The notes: a model not told the origin generated them from the sequence alone. A stretch of 21,008 nucleotides of DNA from Planctomycetota bacterium (GCA_045863855.1 BTVV01000108.1:1-21008); one strand, 5' to 3'. Numbered from the stretch's first letter, positions 8,774 to 16,803 are shown. Numbers and translations: made by a program.

Positions 8774-9544
8774 ATGATCGAAGCCAAGAACCTCAGCAAA
8801 CGTTACGGCGACAAAGTCGCGCTCTGGGATTTGAACCTCAAGATCGAGCGCGGCGAACTCTTCGCCTTCCTCGGCCCCAACGGCGCCGGCAAAACCACCA
8901 CCATTAAGATCCTCGCCGGCCTCGTCCATCCCAGCGGCGGCACCGCCACCGTCGGCGGGCACGACGTCGTCCGCGACGGGCTCGCCGCGCGCGCCCTGAT
9001 GAGCTACGTACCCGACCAGCCGTTCCTGTACGAGAAGCTCACCGCCCGCGAGTTCCTGCGCATGGTCGGCGAACTCTACCGCATGGAGCGCCCGCGCATC
9101 GAAACGCGCATCGCCGAGATGGCCGACGCTTTCGAACTGCGCGGCTTCCTCGACGATCTCTGCGACAGCTTCTCGCACGGCATGAAGCAGCGCGTCGTCA
9201 TCGCCAGCGCTCTGCTCCACGATCCGCAGCTCCTCGTCATCGACGAACCGATGGTCGGCCTCGATCCCAAAAGCTCCCGAACGCTCAAGGATCTCCTGCG
9301 CAAGCTCGCCACCGAACAGAAACTCACCGTCTTCATGTCCACGCACACGCTTTCGATCGCCGAAGAAGTCGCCGATCGCATCGGGATCATCCACCAGGGC
9401 CGGCTCGCCGCCCTCGGCACCATGGCCGAACTCCGTGCCAAAGCCCACGACCCCGCGGGGGCCGCCGGCATGAAACTCGAAGATCTGTTTTTGGAAATGA
9501 CCGGAGCCGCCAAAGAACCCGCGAAAGCCACCGATCCGAAATAA
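8774..9544 (+). CDS. ABC transporter ATP-binding protein (ABC-2/DrrA-like)
   Basis: Walker A GPNGAGKTT, signature FSHGMKQR, Walker B LLVIDEP, H-loop STH. Confidence 0.95.
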   Translation: MIEAKNLSKRYGDKVALWDLNLKIERGELFAFLGPNGAGKTTTIKILAGLVHPSGGTATVGGHDVVRDGLAARALMSYVPDQPFLYEKLTAREFLRMVGELYRMERPRIETRIAEMADAFELRGFLDDLCDSFSHGMKQRVVIASALLHDPQLLVIDEPMVGLDPKSSRTLKDLLRKLATEQKLTVFMSTHTLSIAEEVADRIGIIHQGRLAALGTMAELRAKAHDPAGAAGMKLEDLFLEMTGAAKEPAKATDPK

Positions 9545-9557
9545 CCCGCCGCGCCAG

Positions 9558-9600
9558 CCTGCCGTTGTTGCTGTGTACTTTTGCTTTTACGTTTTACTCT
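9558..9600. repeat. Dispersed T-rich intergenic element, copy 1
   Basis: CCTGCCGTT-N9-TACTTTTGCTTTTAC; both blocks are identical at 13877-13907. Confidence 0.65.
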
Positions 9601-9631
9601 TCATGCACTTCACTCTTCGCTACTCAGCCGC

Positions 9632-10039
9632 CTAATACTCCAACTCGATCTCACCCACGTTATACCAATGATGCCGCACGCGTTCGTCCACGCCCGTCTT
9701 CCGCGGCGCGGCTTCTTCGATCGGGCGCGGAGCCGGAACCTGCCGCGGCTGCGCCACGCGCGGCGCTTCCGCACGCGGCTGAGCCGGTCGCGTATCGATC
9801 AGACGCTCCACCGGAACGGCCGGCGCGGCTTCCGCGCGCGGAGCCTGCGCGTCCTTCTTCGCGTCTTGCTTCGCCTTCTGCTGCGCCTGATACAACCGCT
9901 CGCGCGCCACGATGTCCGTCTCGCCGACATCGTCGTAAATCTGCGCCGGTTCTTCGGCTTTGTAGTCGCAGCCCACGGCCACCAACAAACACGCGGCAGC
10001 CAGCGTCAGGCTCAAGAGTTTTCGGATGCGGGTCATCAT
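9632..10039 (-). CDS. Hypothetical lipoprotein (135 aa)
   Basis: Basic N-terminus, hydrophobic core and VAVGC lipobox-like motif. GGAG SD. Pro/Ala-rich linker. Confidence 0.75.
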   Translation of the reverse strand: MMTRIRKLLSLTLAAACLLVAVGCDYKAEEPAQIYDDVGETDIVARERLYQAQQKAKQDAKKDAQAPRAEAAPAVPVERLIDTRPAQPRAEAPRVAQPRQVPAPRPIEEAAPRKTGVDERVRHHWYNVGEIELEY

Positions 10040-10085
10040 GGCGTGTACTCCGGTTCCCGCGGCGCACTCAACCGCGCCGCTTTAC

Positions 10086-10114
10086 ATTCTACGTCGATGC
10101 AAGCGCGGGACCAA
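10086..10114 (-). promoter_or_regulatory. Putative sigma70 promoter for the 135-aa lipoprotein
   Basis: TTGGTC (10114-10109)-N17-TAGAAT (10091-10086). Confidence 0.5.
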
Positions 10115-10115
10115 A

Positions 10116-12881
10116 TTATTTCTCCACGCCGCTCGCCCCGCGCAGCCGCCGGAAATACCCTTCCACCCGCGCGCGATATTCCGGATCGACCGGCTTAACC
10201 GTGTTGCGCCAAGGAGCTGCAGGATCGGCCGGGGCCTCTTTCGATCCCGTTTCCGGGGGCCGGTCGAAGTGAAACGCAGGCCCGGAATCACCGTTCGATT
10301 CTCCAACAGTTCGATCCGTGGACGTTGCGGGGCTCCCGCCGAACTCCGTCCGCACCGGTGCGAGCCGATGCTCCTGCGCATACGCGCGCGCCGCTTCCAG
10401 GTCGATGCCTTTCATGCGCGCGAGCGTCTCCAAATCCGGCGGCGCCATCTCGCCCGAACCCGCGCCCAACTCGCGGCCCGATTTCGGACCGCCGTCGCGC
10501 GGACGGCGCGTGCCCTGCCCCGCATTCGGCGCCGGTTCGCTCCCCGCGCCCCCCGCCCCGCCCGAACCGCTCGCCGCCGAACCGCCCGACGTTCCGCCCG
10601 CTTCGCTGCCGCCGCCTTCGCCGCGCGCTTCTTCGCCGCGCACGCCTGGACCGGACTTCTGCCCCTCGCCCGAACCGCCCGCGCCCTTGGCGCCGGGCTT
10701 GCCCTCACCCGGTGGATCTTCGCGGCCGGAACCCGCGGCGCCCGACGGACCTTCGCCGCCCGTGCCCTGCGCCTCGCCGCGCGCCGAATCGTCCGGTTTC
10801 GCCTCCGGCGTATCCTTCGATCCGCTTTGCGTCTGCTCCGATTCGCGCGGGCCCTGCGGCTTCGTTTCGCCCGCGCCGCTTCCGCCGGCGTTGCCGTCTC
10901 CGCGCGATCCTTCCGGAGGCTTGGGCTTCAAGCCCTTCGGGCCGAGCGTGTCGTACGGCGCGTCGCCGGCCGGCGGCGGCGTCGAACCCGCCGCGCCGCT
11001 CCCGGCCTCCGGCGCAGCCGTCTCGCCCAAGCGTTCCAAGCCCGGCCGGCGCAATTCGCGCGGCGTTTCGCGCCCCGCGCCCAGATCCCCGGCCTGCGCC
11101 AACTCCTCCGGCGTCGGATCGGGAATCTTCCCGAACGCACCCAGCCGCGTCAGCCGCCGCATCCGCCGCGCTTCGGGCTCCAGCAAGCGGTCCGCTGCGC
11201 CGGCGCCGCGTTGCGCCGGTTCCCAACGCCGCCACGCGCTCTGCGCCTTCTGCGCCAGCGGCGCCGCCTCGTCCTCCGCTTCCACGCGGTACTCGAAACC
11301 GCCGGCCAGCAGCGCGTCGAGCCCCTCCACGGGCAGCATCCACGTCTCGCGCAACGCGCGCGTCCCCGCCGCCAGCGGAATCCCCAGCGTGAGCCGCTCC
11401 GGCGCCAGCGGCGCGGTTTCGGGCGCGCTCAGCGCACGGACCACCAGCCGCGCACGCGCCAAACCCAGATCGTCGGAAAGTTCGAGCTGCACCGGCAGCC
11501 CTTCGGGTTCCGGCGCGGCGTCCTCGGGAATCCGCGCTTCCGCGCGCGGCGCCTCGTCGGCGCGCACCGCCAGCGGAATCAGCGCCTGCGTCCCGCTCGC
11601 GCCGGGGCGCGCCGATTCCAGCCGGACGCGCAGCACCCCGCTGCGCTGCGCCAGCATGCTCGCGCGGTACAGCGCCTCGCCGCGCGCCGGATCGGGCTCG
11701 CGCGCGCACGGCACATGCACGCCCGCCGGGCCTTCCAGCACGCCGCTCGCAAGATCCTTGGCCGGCGTCGCGCGCACCAGCACCGTCAGCGCCGAACCTT
11801 GCAGCGCTTCCACCCGCTCGGGATCGCGCCACAACCGCGGCTTCTGCCGAGCGTACGCGGGCGGCTCCACCAGCACGTCCACCCGAGCGACGGCCGCCGC
11901 CGGGCGCAGCGTGATCGCGTACCACGGCGTCACCGCCGGAGGCGTCTCGCGCCGCGCCGAGGCCGGCGGCGGCAGCACCAGCCGGTAACGCGCCGGTTCC
12001 TGCAGCGCGCCCAGCGTACCGCGCCAGCGTTGCGCGCCCGCGGCTTCGCCGTCCCCTTCCGGCAGCGGCCACATCCCGATCACGGTCTGCGCGGCCGACG
12101 CGCGCGGCCCCGCCGGCGCCTGCTCGATGCGGACCTCGCGCGCCGGACGACCCGCCAGCAACGCTTCCACCACCAGCACGTCGCCCGCCGCGATCTCCGC
12201 CGGACCGGGACGCACTTCCAGGAAGCGCGGCGCCTGCGCTTCGAGGTACGCCTCCGGATCGAGCGTCATCAAAAACGCCGCGACCAGCAGTGCGCCGAAG
12301 TTCGCGCAGAGCAGCAGCACCAGCGCGGCCGATCCCGTCAGCGCCGCGTGCGCGCGCCACCACGGTATCGACGGGCGCGGCGCGCGCAGCCCCGGCGCGC
12401 GCAGCACCGCCGCCGCGCGCTCCGCCGAAAGCGCCGCGACGCCCGGCGCCACCGCGCCCGGACGCTCCAGCGCTTCCACCGCCGCCAGCAAACTCCCGGC
12501 GAAAGACGGCTCCGACGCTTCCAGCCGCAGCGCCAGTTCCGAACGCGGCGGCGTTTGTCTTAATGCCCGCGCCAGCGCCAGCGCACTCGCCAATACGATC
12601 GTCACCGCGCAGCCCAAACCCCAGAAGCGCAGCGCCGCGCCTTCGGGCGCCGCGATGAGCACGCCCAGCCCCCACAGCGCGCTTCCCGCCAGCACGCTCG
12701 CCAGCGCCCACGCGAAGCCGTACGCGCCCCACGCCCACGCGATCCGCGCGCGCATCCCGCGCAAGCGCCGCGACGTTTCGGAGAGGAAGCGATCGTGAGC
12801 GGAACCGGAAACGCGCGGCGTCGAGCGCGAAGCGTCCGGAGCCGATGCGGCGGGCGGCGCGGAGCCGCCGGGGGCGCTCAT
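10116..12881 (-). CDS. Large membrane-anchored protein, DUF4175-like architecture
   Basis: Three N-terminal TM segments, Ig-like stretches (VEPPAYARQ, DDLGLARARL, YRVEAED), a long G/S/E/P low-complexity tail, and C-terminal VDPEYRARVEGYFRRL. ATGA overlap with the upstream gene. Confidence 0.75.
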   Translation of the reverse strand: MSAPGGSAPPAASAPDASRSTPRVSGSAHDRFLSETSRRLRGMRARIAWAWGAYGFAWALASVLAGSALWGLGVLIAAPEGAALRFWGLGCAVTIVLASALALARALRQTPPRSELALRLEASEPSFAGSLLAAVEALERPGAVAPGVAALSAERAAAVLRAPGLRAPRPSIPWWRAHAALTGSAALVLLLCANFGALLVAAFLMTLDPEAYLEAQAPRFLEVRPGPAEIAAGDVLVVEALLAGRPAREVRIEQAPAGPRASAAQTVIGMWPLPEGDGEAAGAQRWRGTLGALQEPARYRLVLPPPASARRETPPAVTPWYAITLRPAAAVARVDVLVEPPAYARQKPRLWRDPERVEALQGSALTVLVRATPAKDLASGVLEGPAGVHVPCAREPDPARGEALYRASMLAQRSGVLRVRLESARPGASGTQALIPLAVRADEAPRAEARIPEDAAPEPEGLPVQLELSDDLGLARARLVVRALSAPETAPLAPERLTLGIPLAAGTRALRETWMLPVEGLDALLAGGFEYRVEAEDEAAPLAQKAQSAWRRWEPAQRGAGAADRLLEPEARRMRRLTRLGAFGKIPDPTPEELAQAGDLGAGRETPRELRRPGLERLGETAAPEAGSGAAGSTPPPAGDAPYDTLGPKGLKPKPPEGSRGDGNAGGSGAGETKPQGPRESEQTQSGSKDTPEAKPDDSARGEAQGTGGEGPSGAAGSGREDPPGEGKPGAKGAGGSGEGQKSGPGVRGEEARGEGGGSEAGGTSGGSAASGSGGAGGAGSEPAPNAGQGTRRPRDGGPKSGRELGAGSGEMAPPDLETLARMKGIDLEAARAYAQEHRLAPVRTEFGGSPATSTDRTVGESNGDSGPAFHFDRPPETGSKEAPADPAAPWRNTVKPVDPEYRARVEGYFRRLRGASGVEK

Positions 12882-13756
12882 GGAGCCGGCGAACCGCGGT
12901 CGGCCGCCTTGCGCATGCGGCGGTCTTTGAATGCATCGTAGCCGCCCGATGCGGGGAACCTATCCGGCGCTTCGCGCGGGTCGAGCCCCGCCGCGCCGTG
13001 CGTCGAGAGCCAGCGCGTCCGCGTGTGCCGGTTCTCTTCGCGCAGCTTCGCGTACTCGGCGCGCAGCGCTTCGGGAGAAGCCAGGTAGCCCGCGTGGTAT
13101 TCCGCAAGCAGCCGCGATACCTCGGCCTGGAAATCCATATCGTGGAGTTCGTACCACGTCGTCCACGGCGCGATATCGCCCAGCGCCGCGTCCTCGCGCT
13201 CCAAGTCGGCTTCCAGCACGCGCTCGGCGGCCTTATCCGGATCGGACGGATGCGGGTAGTCGGGCTGCAGCGGGCGAGCCATGCGCAGATGCACGTTGCC
13301 GCGGTACGCGCGGTGCGTGCTGCCTACCCACGTCTCGTCGTCCTGGACGACGTAGCAGCCGGGCAGCGCCTCGACCGCCATGCACAGCGCCTGGATGAAG
13401 AGCGGGCGCGCCATCTCGCGCTCCACCGGCCCGAAAGCCGTGGCGAAGCGCAGCGCCGCCACCCCCGGCTCCCCCGTCTCGTCGATGATGTTCAGGTTCC
13501 ACGTGCGCTTGGCGAAGAGCACCGCGTCGCCCACGCTGATCCAGCGCTTCCCGCGCGGGCGTTCGAGCAAAAGCGTGGTGTTGTCGTCGTACTGCGCCCA
13601 AGCCGCGTACGCGCGGTCGCGCGCGCTGTTACGCCCCTGCCCGCGCAGCGCCGCGGGCACGTCTTCCATCCCGTGCGGGCCTTCGATCACGTCCTCGTGA
13701 GCCGCGCATCCGCCCGCCAGTACCGCCAGCACCAGCCACCGGCTCATCGTCCGCAT
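12878..13756 (-). CDS. Hypothetical lipoprotein (292 aa)
   Basis: RWLVLAVLAGGC lipobox, GGAG SD, GC3-biased codons. No recognisable catalytic motif. Confidence 0.78.
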   Translation of the reverse strand: MRTMSRWLVLAVLAGGCAAHEDVIEGPHGMEDVPAALRGQGRNSARDRAYAAWAQYDDNTTLLLERPRGKRWISVGDAVLFAKRTWNLNIIDETGEPGVAALRFATAFGPVEREMARPLFIQALCMAVEALPGCYVVQDDETWVGSTHRAYRGNVHLRMARPLQPDYPHPSDPDKAAERVLEADLEREDAALGDIAPWTTWYELHDMDFQAEVSRLLAEYHAGYLASPEALRAEYAKLREENRHTRTRWLSTHGAAGLDPREAPDRFPASGGYDAFKDRRMRKAADRGSPAP

Positions 13757-13782
13757 CGCCCGATCTCCACGCCCGGCCTCCC

Positions 13783-13788
13783 ATTATA
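13783..13788 (-). promoter_or_regulatory. Consensus -10 box (TATAAT) for the 292-aa/921-aa operon
   Basis: ATTATA on the + strand gives TATAAT on the - strand, 26 nt upstream of the ATG. Such a box is rare in this GC background. Confidence 0.6.
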
Positions 13789-13876
13789 GGGAATGCCTCA
13801 CGGAGTACAGACGTTTGTCCCCGCCCCTCTCTTAGCCCCCGACCCGTCCAACGCGGCCCTGGCTGGCCTGGTCTGC

Positions 13877-13930
13877 CCTGCCGTTTACTCTTTACTTTTG
13901 CTTTTACCGTTTGAAGTTTGCCCTTTGCCG
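13877..13930. repeat. Dispersed T-rich intergenic element, copy 2
   Basis: CCTGCCGTT-N7-TACTTTTGCTTTTAC followed by further TTTG units at 6-7 nt period. Confidence 0.65.
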
Positions 13931-13935
13931 ACCCT

Positions 13936-14289
13936 CTACGCCGCCTTCGGCTCCTCGCGCTTCCGCACCAAGCGGTTCATCATCTTCACCACTACGAAGA
14001 CGCTCAACGCCACGATCAGGAACTCCACCACCGTGTTGATGAACATCCCGTAGCGGATCCCCACCGCCGGAATATCCTCCCCCGCCGGACCTTTCGCGGC
14101 GTCCTTCAGCACGATCATCAGGTTCTTGAAGTCCACCCCGCCGATCAGCATCCCGATCGGCGGCATGATCAGATCGGTCACGATGCTGTTCACGATCTTG
14201 TTGAACGCCGCGCCGATGATCAGGCCCACCGCCATATCCATGGCGTTGCCCTTCACCGCGAACTCCTTGAACTCCTGTACGAAACCCAT
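13936..14289 (-). CDS. mscL: Large-conductance mechanosensitive channel
   Basis: [52 protein letters not shown] charge cluster. Confidence 0.97.
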   Translation of the reverse strand: MGFVQEFKEFAVKGNAMDMAVGLIIGAAFNKIVNSIVTDLIMPPIGMLIGGVDFKNLMIVLKDAAKGPAGEDIPAVGIRYGMFINTVVEFLIVALSVFVVVKMMNRLVRKREEPKAA

Positions 14290-14363
14290 GCGTTTCTCCC
14301 TATGAAATGAGTTTTAAAGATAGCGTTGCACCCAAGCATAGCCCGCCGCGCGCCGCTCGCCTG

Positions 14364-14403
14364 AAAAGAAAAGAGCCCCGCCACACGAAGCGGCAGGGCT
14401 CTT
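14364..14403 (-). terminator. Intrinsic terminator after the 191-aa lipoprotein gene
   Basis: Minus-strand RNA AGAGCCCUGCCGC-UUCGU-GUGGCGGGGCUCU forms a 13-bp stem with G-U pairs, followed by a U-rich tail. Confidence 0.85.
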
Positions 14404-14432
14404 GATCGGCCATTCGCGCCTGCGATTTCGGC

Positions 14433-15008
14433 TTACTTCTTCGGCTCGGCCTTCGGCTGCTTATCGGAAAGCGTGCCCATCTTCATCTCGGCGCCTTCCA
14501 CCAGCTTCGCCATGTTCTCGCGGTCCACCGCCGCCCAGCCGTGCATGTCCTTCGGGACCACCTGCCAGCCTCCCAGGATCGCCGCCGACTGTTCGCCGTC
14601 CTTCTCGACCTTGGGGTACGAGAGCGGAATGCCGTACCAGCCGTTGCTCGCGGCCGGGATCTTCTTGTCGCGCTTCATGTTCAGCAGCTCCGGCACCTCG
14701 CCGGGCAGCGCTTCGATCTTGATCCCCGTCAGCCGCGCGAACGTCGCCGGCGCCAGCGCGTACCAGCCGTTCAACTCGCTCGGAACCACCGAATGCCCCA
14801 CCAGCCGGTAGTACGTCACGCCGGTGGCTTCGTCCTTCGCTTCGATCTGCTTCGTGGCCGGCACGCCCACCCAGCCGTCCATCGCCGAAGGCACCGCCGC
14901 CCCGGCCTTGAGAATCGCGTAATTGCCGTCCTTCTCGACATCCTGGTAGCAGCCCGAAAGCAACGCCATGCCCAGCAGCACGGCGCAACAGCTCAAGCGC
15001 GTCTTCAT
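14433..15008 (-). CDS. Hypothetical lipoprotein with four internal [VI]P-x4-GW repeats
   Basis: LLSGC lipobox (Cys20). Repeats VPSAMDGW, VPSELNGW, IPAASNGW, VPKDMHGW. AAGGA SD. Confidence 0.82.
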   Translation of the reverse strand: MKTRLSCCAVLLGMALLSGCYQDVEKDGNYAILKAGAAVPSAMDGWVGVPATKQIEAKDEATGVTYYRLVGHSVVPSELNGWYALAPATFARLTGIKIEALPGEVPELLNMKRDKKIPAASNGWYGIPLSYPKVEKDGEQSAAILGGWQVVPKDMHGWAAVDRENMAKLVEGAEMKMGTLSDKQPKAEPKK

Positions 15009-15029
15009 GGAAGTAAGGTCCTTTAAAGG

Positions 15030-15782
15030 TTACTGGTCGTTCAGCCGAGCCAGCAGTTTCTTGATGTCCCCCTGCCGCGCCGCTTCTGCGGCCTCGCGCG
15101 CACGGGCCTGCAACACTCGAAGTTGGAACAGCCGGGAGCGTTCCGTCAGATCCTTCAGCTCACCTTCCGTCAAATCGCCCTTCTCGCGTACCGCCGTCAG
15201 ATCCTTCTTCAGCACCAGGTACTCGCCCTTCAAATTACCCGTGTCGGTCTTCAGCGCCATCACGTCGCCTTCCATCACGTCCAGCTTCTTCAGCTTGTCC
15301 TCGACGTAATTCATCCGACGCGTCACGCTCTCGATGTTCTCGTTCTGGTTCGTGTCCACCTTCTTCTGGTCATTGACCATCGCTTCCAGTTCGTTCGCCA
15401 CCTTCGCCGTGCTTTCCTGAACCTTCGCCTGCTGCTCCGATAGCTGCGTCAGCGATCCCTTGATCGCCTCCTTCTCCGTGGTCAGCGTCACGACGTTCTG
15501 CTTCAGTTCGTCGTTCGCCTTATTCTGATCCGTGTTCACCTTCTCGGCGTCCGAAAGACGCTGACGCCACTCCGTCTCGTTGCTCTTGGCCTTCTCGTTC
15601 GCCAACTCCAGCTTCTCGGAGAGGTTCCCAGAGACGATCCAGACCAGAACGAAACAGATCAAAGAAGTCAGCGCCAGATTCAGCGCCACCAGCGAAGCGA
15701 AATACGAAAGCTTCTCGCCGAACGTACGCGGCATGCTAGGACCCGATCCCGCGCCGCCACCCGAACCGACCGACTCGGACAT
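15030..15782 (-). CDS. Single-pass membrane protein with a long coiled coil
   Basis: One N-proximal TM segment (YFASLVALNLALTSLICFVLVWIV), then about 195 aa of Pro-free E/K/Q/L heptad-rich sequence. GGAGG SD at 15790-15794. Confidence 0.85.
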   Translation of the reverse strand: MSESVGSGGGAGSGPSMPRTFGEKLSYFASLVALNLALTSLICFVLVWIVSGNLSEKLELANEKAKSNETEWRQRLSDAEKVNTDQNKANDELKQNVVTLTTEKEAIKGSLTQLSEQQAKVQESTAKVANELEAMVNDQKKVDTNQNENIESVTRRMNYVEDKLKKLDVMEGDVMALKTDTGNLKGEYLVLKKDLTAVREKGDLTEGELKDLTERSRLFQLRVLQARAREAAEAARQGDIKKLLARLNDQ

Positions 15783-15808
15783 GACTCAACCTCCGCAACC
15801 ACTCGCTC

Positions 15809-15861
15809 AAAATGCAAAAGGCCGCAGGCCCATTCCGGACGGAATGTTGCCTTGCGGTCCT
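15809..15861 (-). promoter_or_regulatory. Long hairpin plus U-rich tail in the 5' leader of the coiled-coil gene (possible attenuator)
   Basis: Nested inverted repeats AGG/CCT, CCGCA/TGCGG, GGC/GCC, CATTCC/GGAATG around a 4-nt loop, followed on the - strand by TTTTGCATTTT. Confidence 0.5.
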
Positions 15862-16035
15862 GATAACAACCTACCATCCATACCTTTAATCGTCCAGAGG
15901 CGACTGAGGTCACATGTGCAATCGCTTGTGCACCCCTGCACGCTGTGGTATCTTGCTTGTAATTCGTTATCCATCCTAGATGTATACGATTCGCATCGGG
16001 ACGTATCCCGGCGCGCCTTTTGTGTGGGAGCAAGA

Positions 16036-16734
16036 ATGTCCGTTCCGCCCACGCCTCCTCAGCCCGCCGCGAACGCCGCAGACGCGGTCGATCCACGTGC
16101 CTCCAACCCCGAAGCGACCGCCGTACCCGCCGAATCCCAAAGCCCCAGCGACGCCGATCTCGTCGAACTCGCACGCACCGGAAACCCCGTCGCCTTCGAA
16201 TCCCTCATCCAGCGCTTCCAGTCCTTGGTCAGCCTCGTCGCCTACCGCCAGCTCGGGCATCAGGATGCCGTCGAAGACGTGGCGCAGGAAGCCTTCGTCA
16301 AAGCTTTCCTTCATCTCAACGAACTCGACGACGTCTCGCGCTTCAAGGCCTGGCTCCTGCGCATCACCGCCAACATCGCGCTCGACCACCTGCGCCGCCG
16401 CAAGCATCAGGGCGTCTCGCTCGACGACACCGGAGCCTTCACCGCCGCCGAATCGGCCGCCGCCGAAAATCCGCGCCGCCGCAACGAACTCCAGGAAGCC
16501 GGCGAGAACGCCGAAGGCGCCGAACTGCGCGACCAGATCGTCGAAGCCATCTATTCGCTGCCCGAGGAATACCAGGTGCCCGCCGCCATGCGCTACCTGG
16601 AAGAAGTGCCCTACAAGGAAATCTCGCGGCGCATGGGGCTGCGCGAGGAGACGCTGCGCAAGCGCATCCACCGCGCCAACCAGATGCTGCGCAGGAAGCT
16701 CAAGAAACTCTGGCCCGACGGACTGGAACTGTGA
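16036..16734 (+). CDS. ECF RNA polymerase sigma factor
   Basis: SDADLV...AFESLI, region 2 EDVAQEAFVKAF and FKAWLLRITANIALDHLR, region 4 LPEEYQ...YKEIS...RIHRA. GGGAG SD at 16026-16030. Confidence 0.95.
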   Translation: MSVPPTPPQPAANAADAVDPRASNPEATAVPAESQSPSDADLVELARTGNPVAFESLIQRFQSLVSLVAYRQLGHQDAVEDVAQEAFVKAFLHLNELDDVSRFKAWLLRITANIALDHLRRRKHQGVSLDDTGAFTAAESAAAENPRRRNELQEAGENAEGAELRDQIVEAIYSLPEEYQVPAAMRYLEEVPYKEISRRMGLREETLRKRIHRANQMLRRKLKKLWPDGLEL

Positions 16735-16803
16735 CGTCCTAAGAAACGCAACGCCCGTTACGCCAGAGTACACGTGGCGGGCGATTTCGGAGCGAGTGCC
16801 GCG

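Noticed and set aside
5403..8777. 1124-aa + strand ORF
   Set aside because: Arg/Ala-rich shadow frame antisense to priA and out of frame over the 7792 gene; no motifs. Typical of high-GC DNA.
10026..13107. 845-aa (+), 556-aa (+) and 800-aa (-) ORFs
   Set aside because: Alternative frames over the 921-aa gene with Arg/Gly/Ala/Ser-biased composition and no domain pattern.
9558..13930. CRISPR array or IS ends from the repeated T-rich motif
   Set aside because: Only two short direct copies 4.3 kb apart, no spacers, no cas or transposase gene; intervening genes look native.
14433..15782. Prophage lysis cassette
   Set aside because: No endolysin, holin, integrase or structural gene and no compositional shift. 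Only the architectural analogy is retained.
15819..15861. c-di-GMP-I riboswitch (GGCAAC resembles GGCAAAC)
   Set aside because: No GAAA tetraloop, no GACGCAAA junction and no P3 stem.
16735..16803. Internal ECF promoter between sigma and anti-sigma (GCAAC...AGTA)
   Set aside because: Spacing is shorter than typical ECF promoters and the -10 element is poor.
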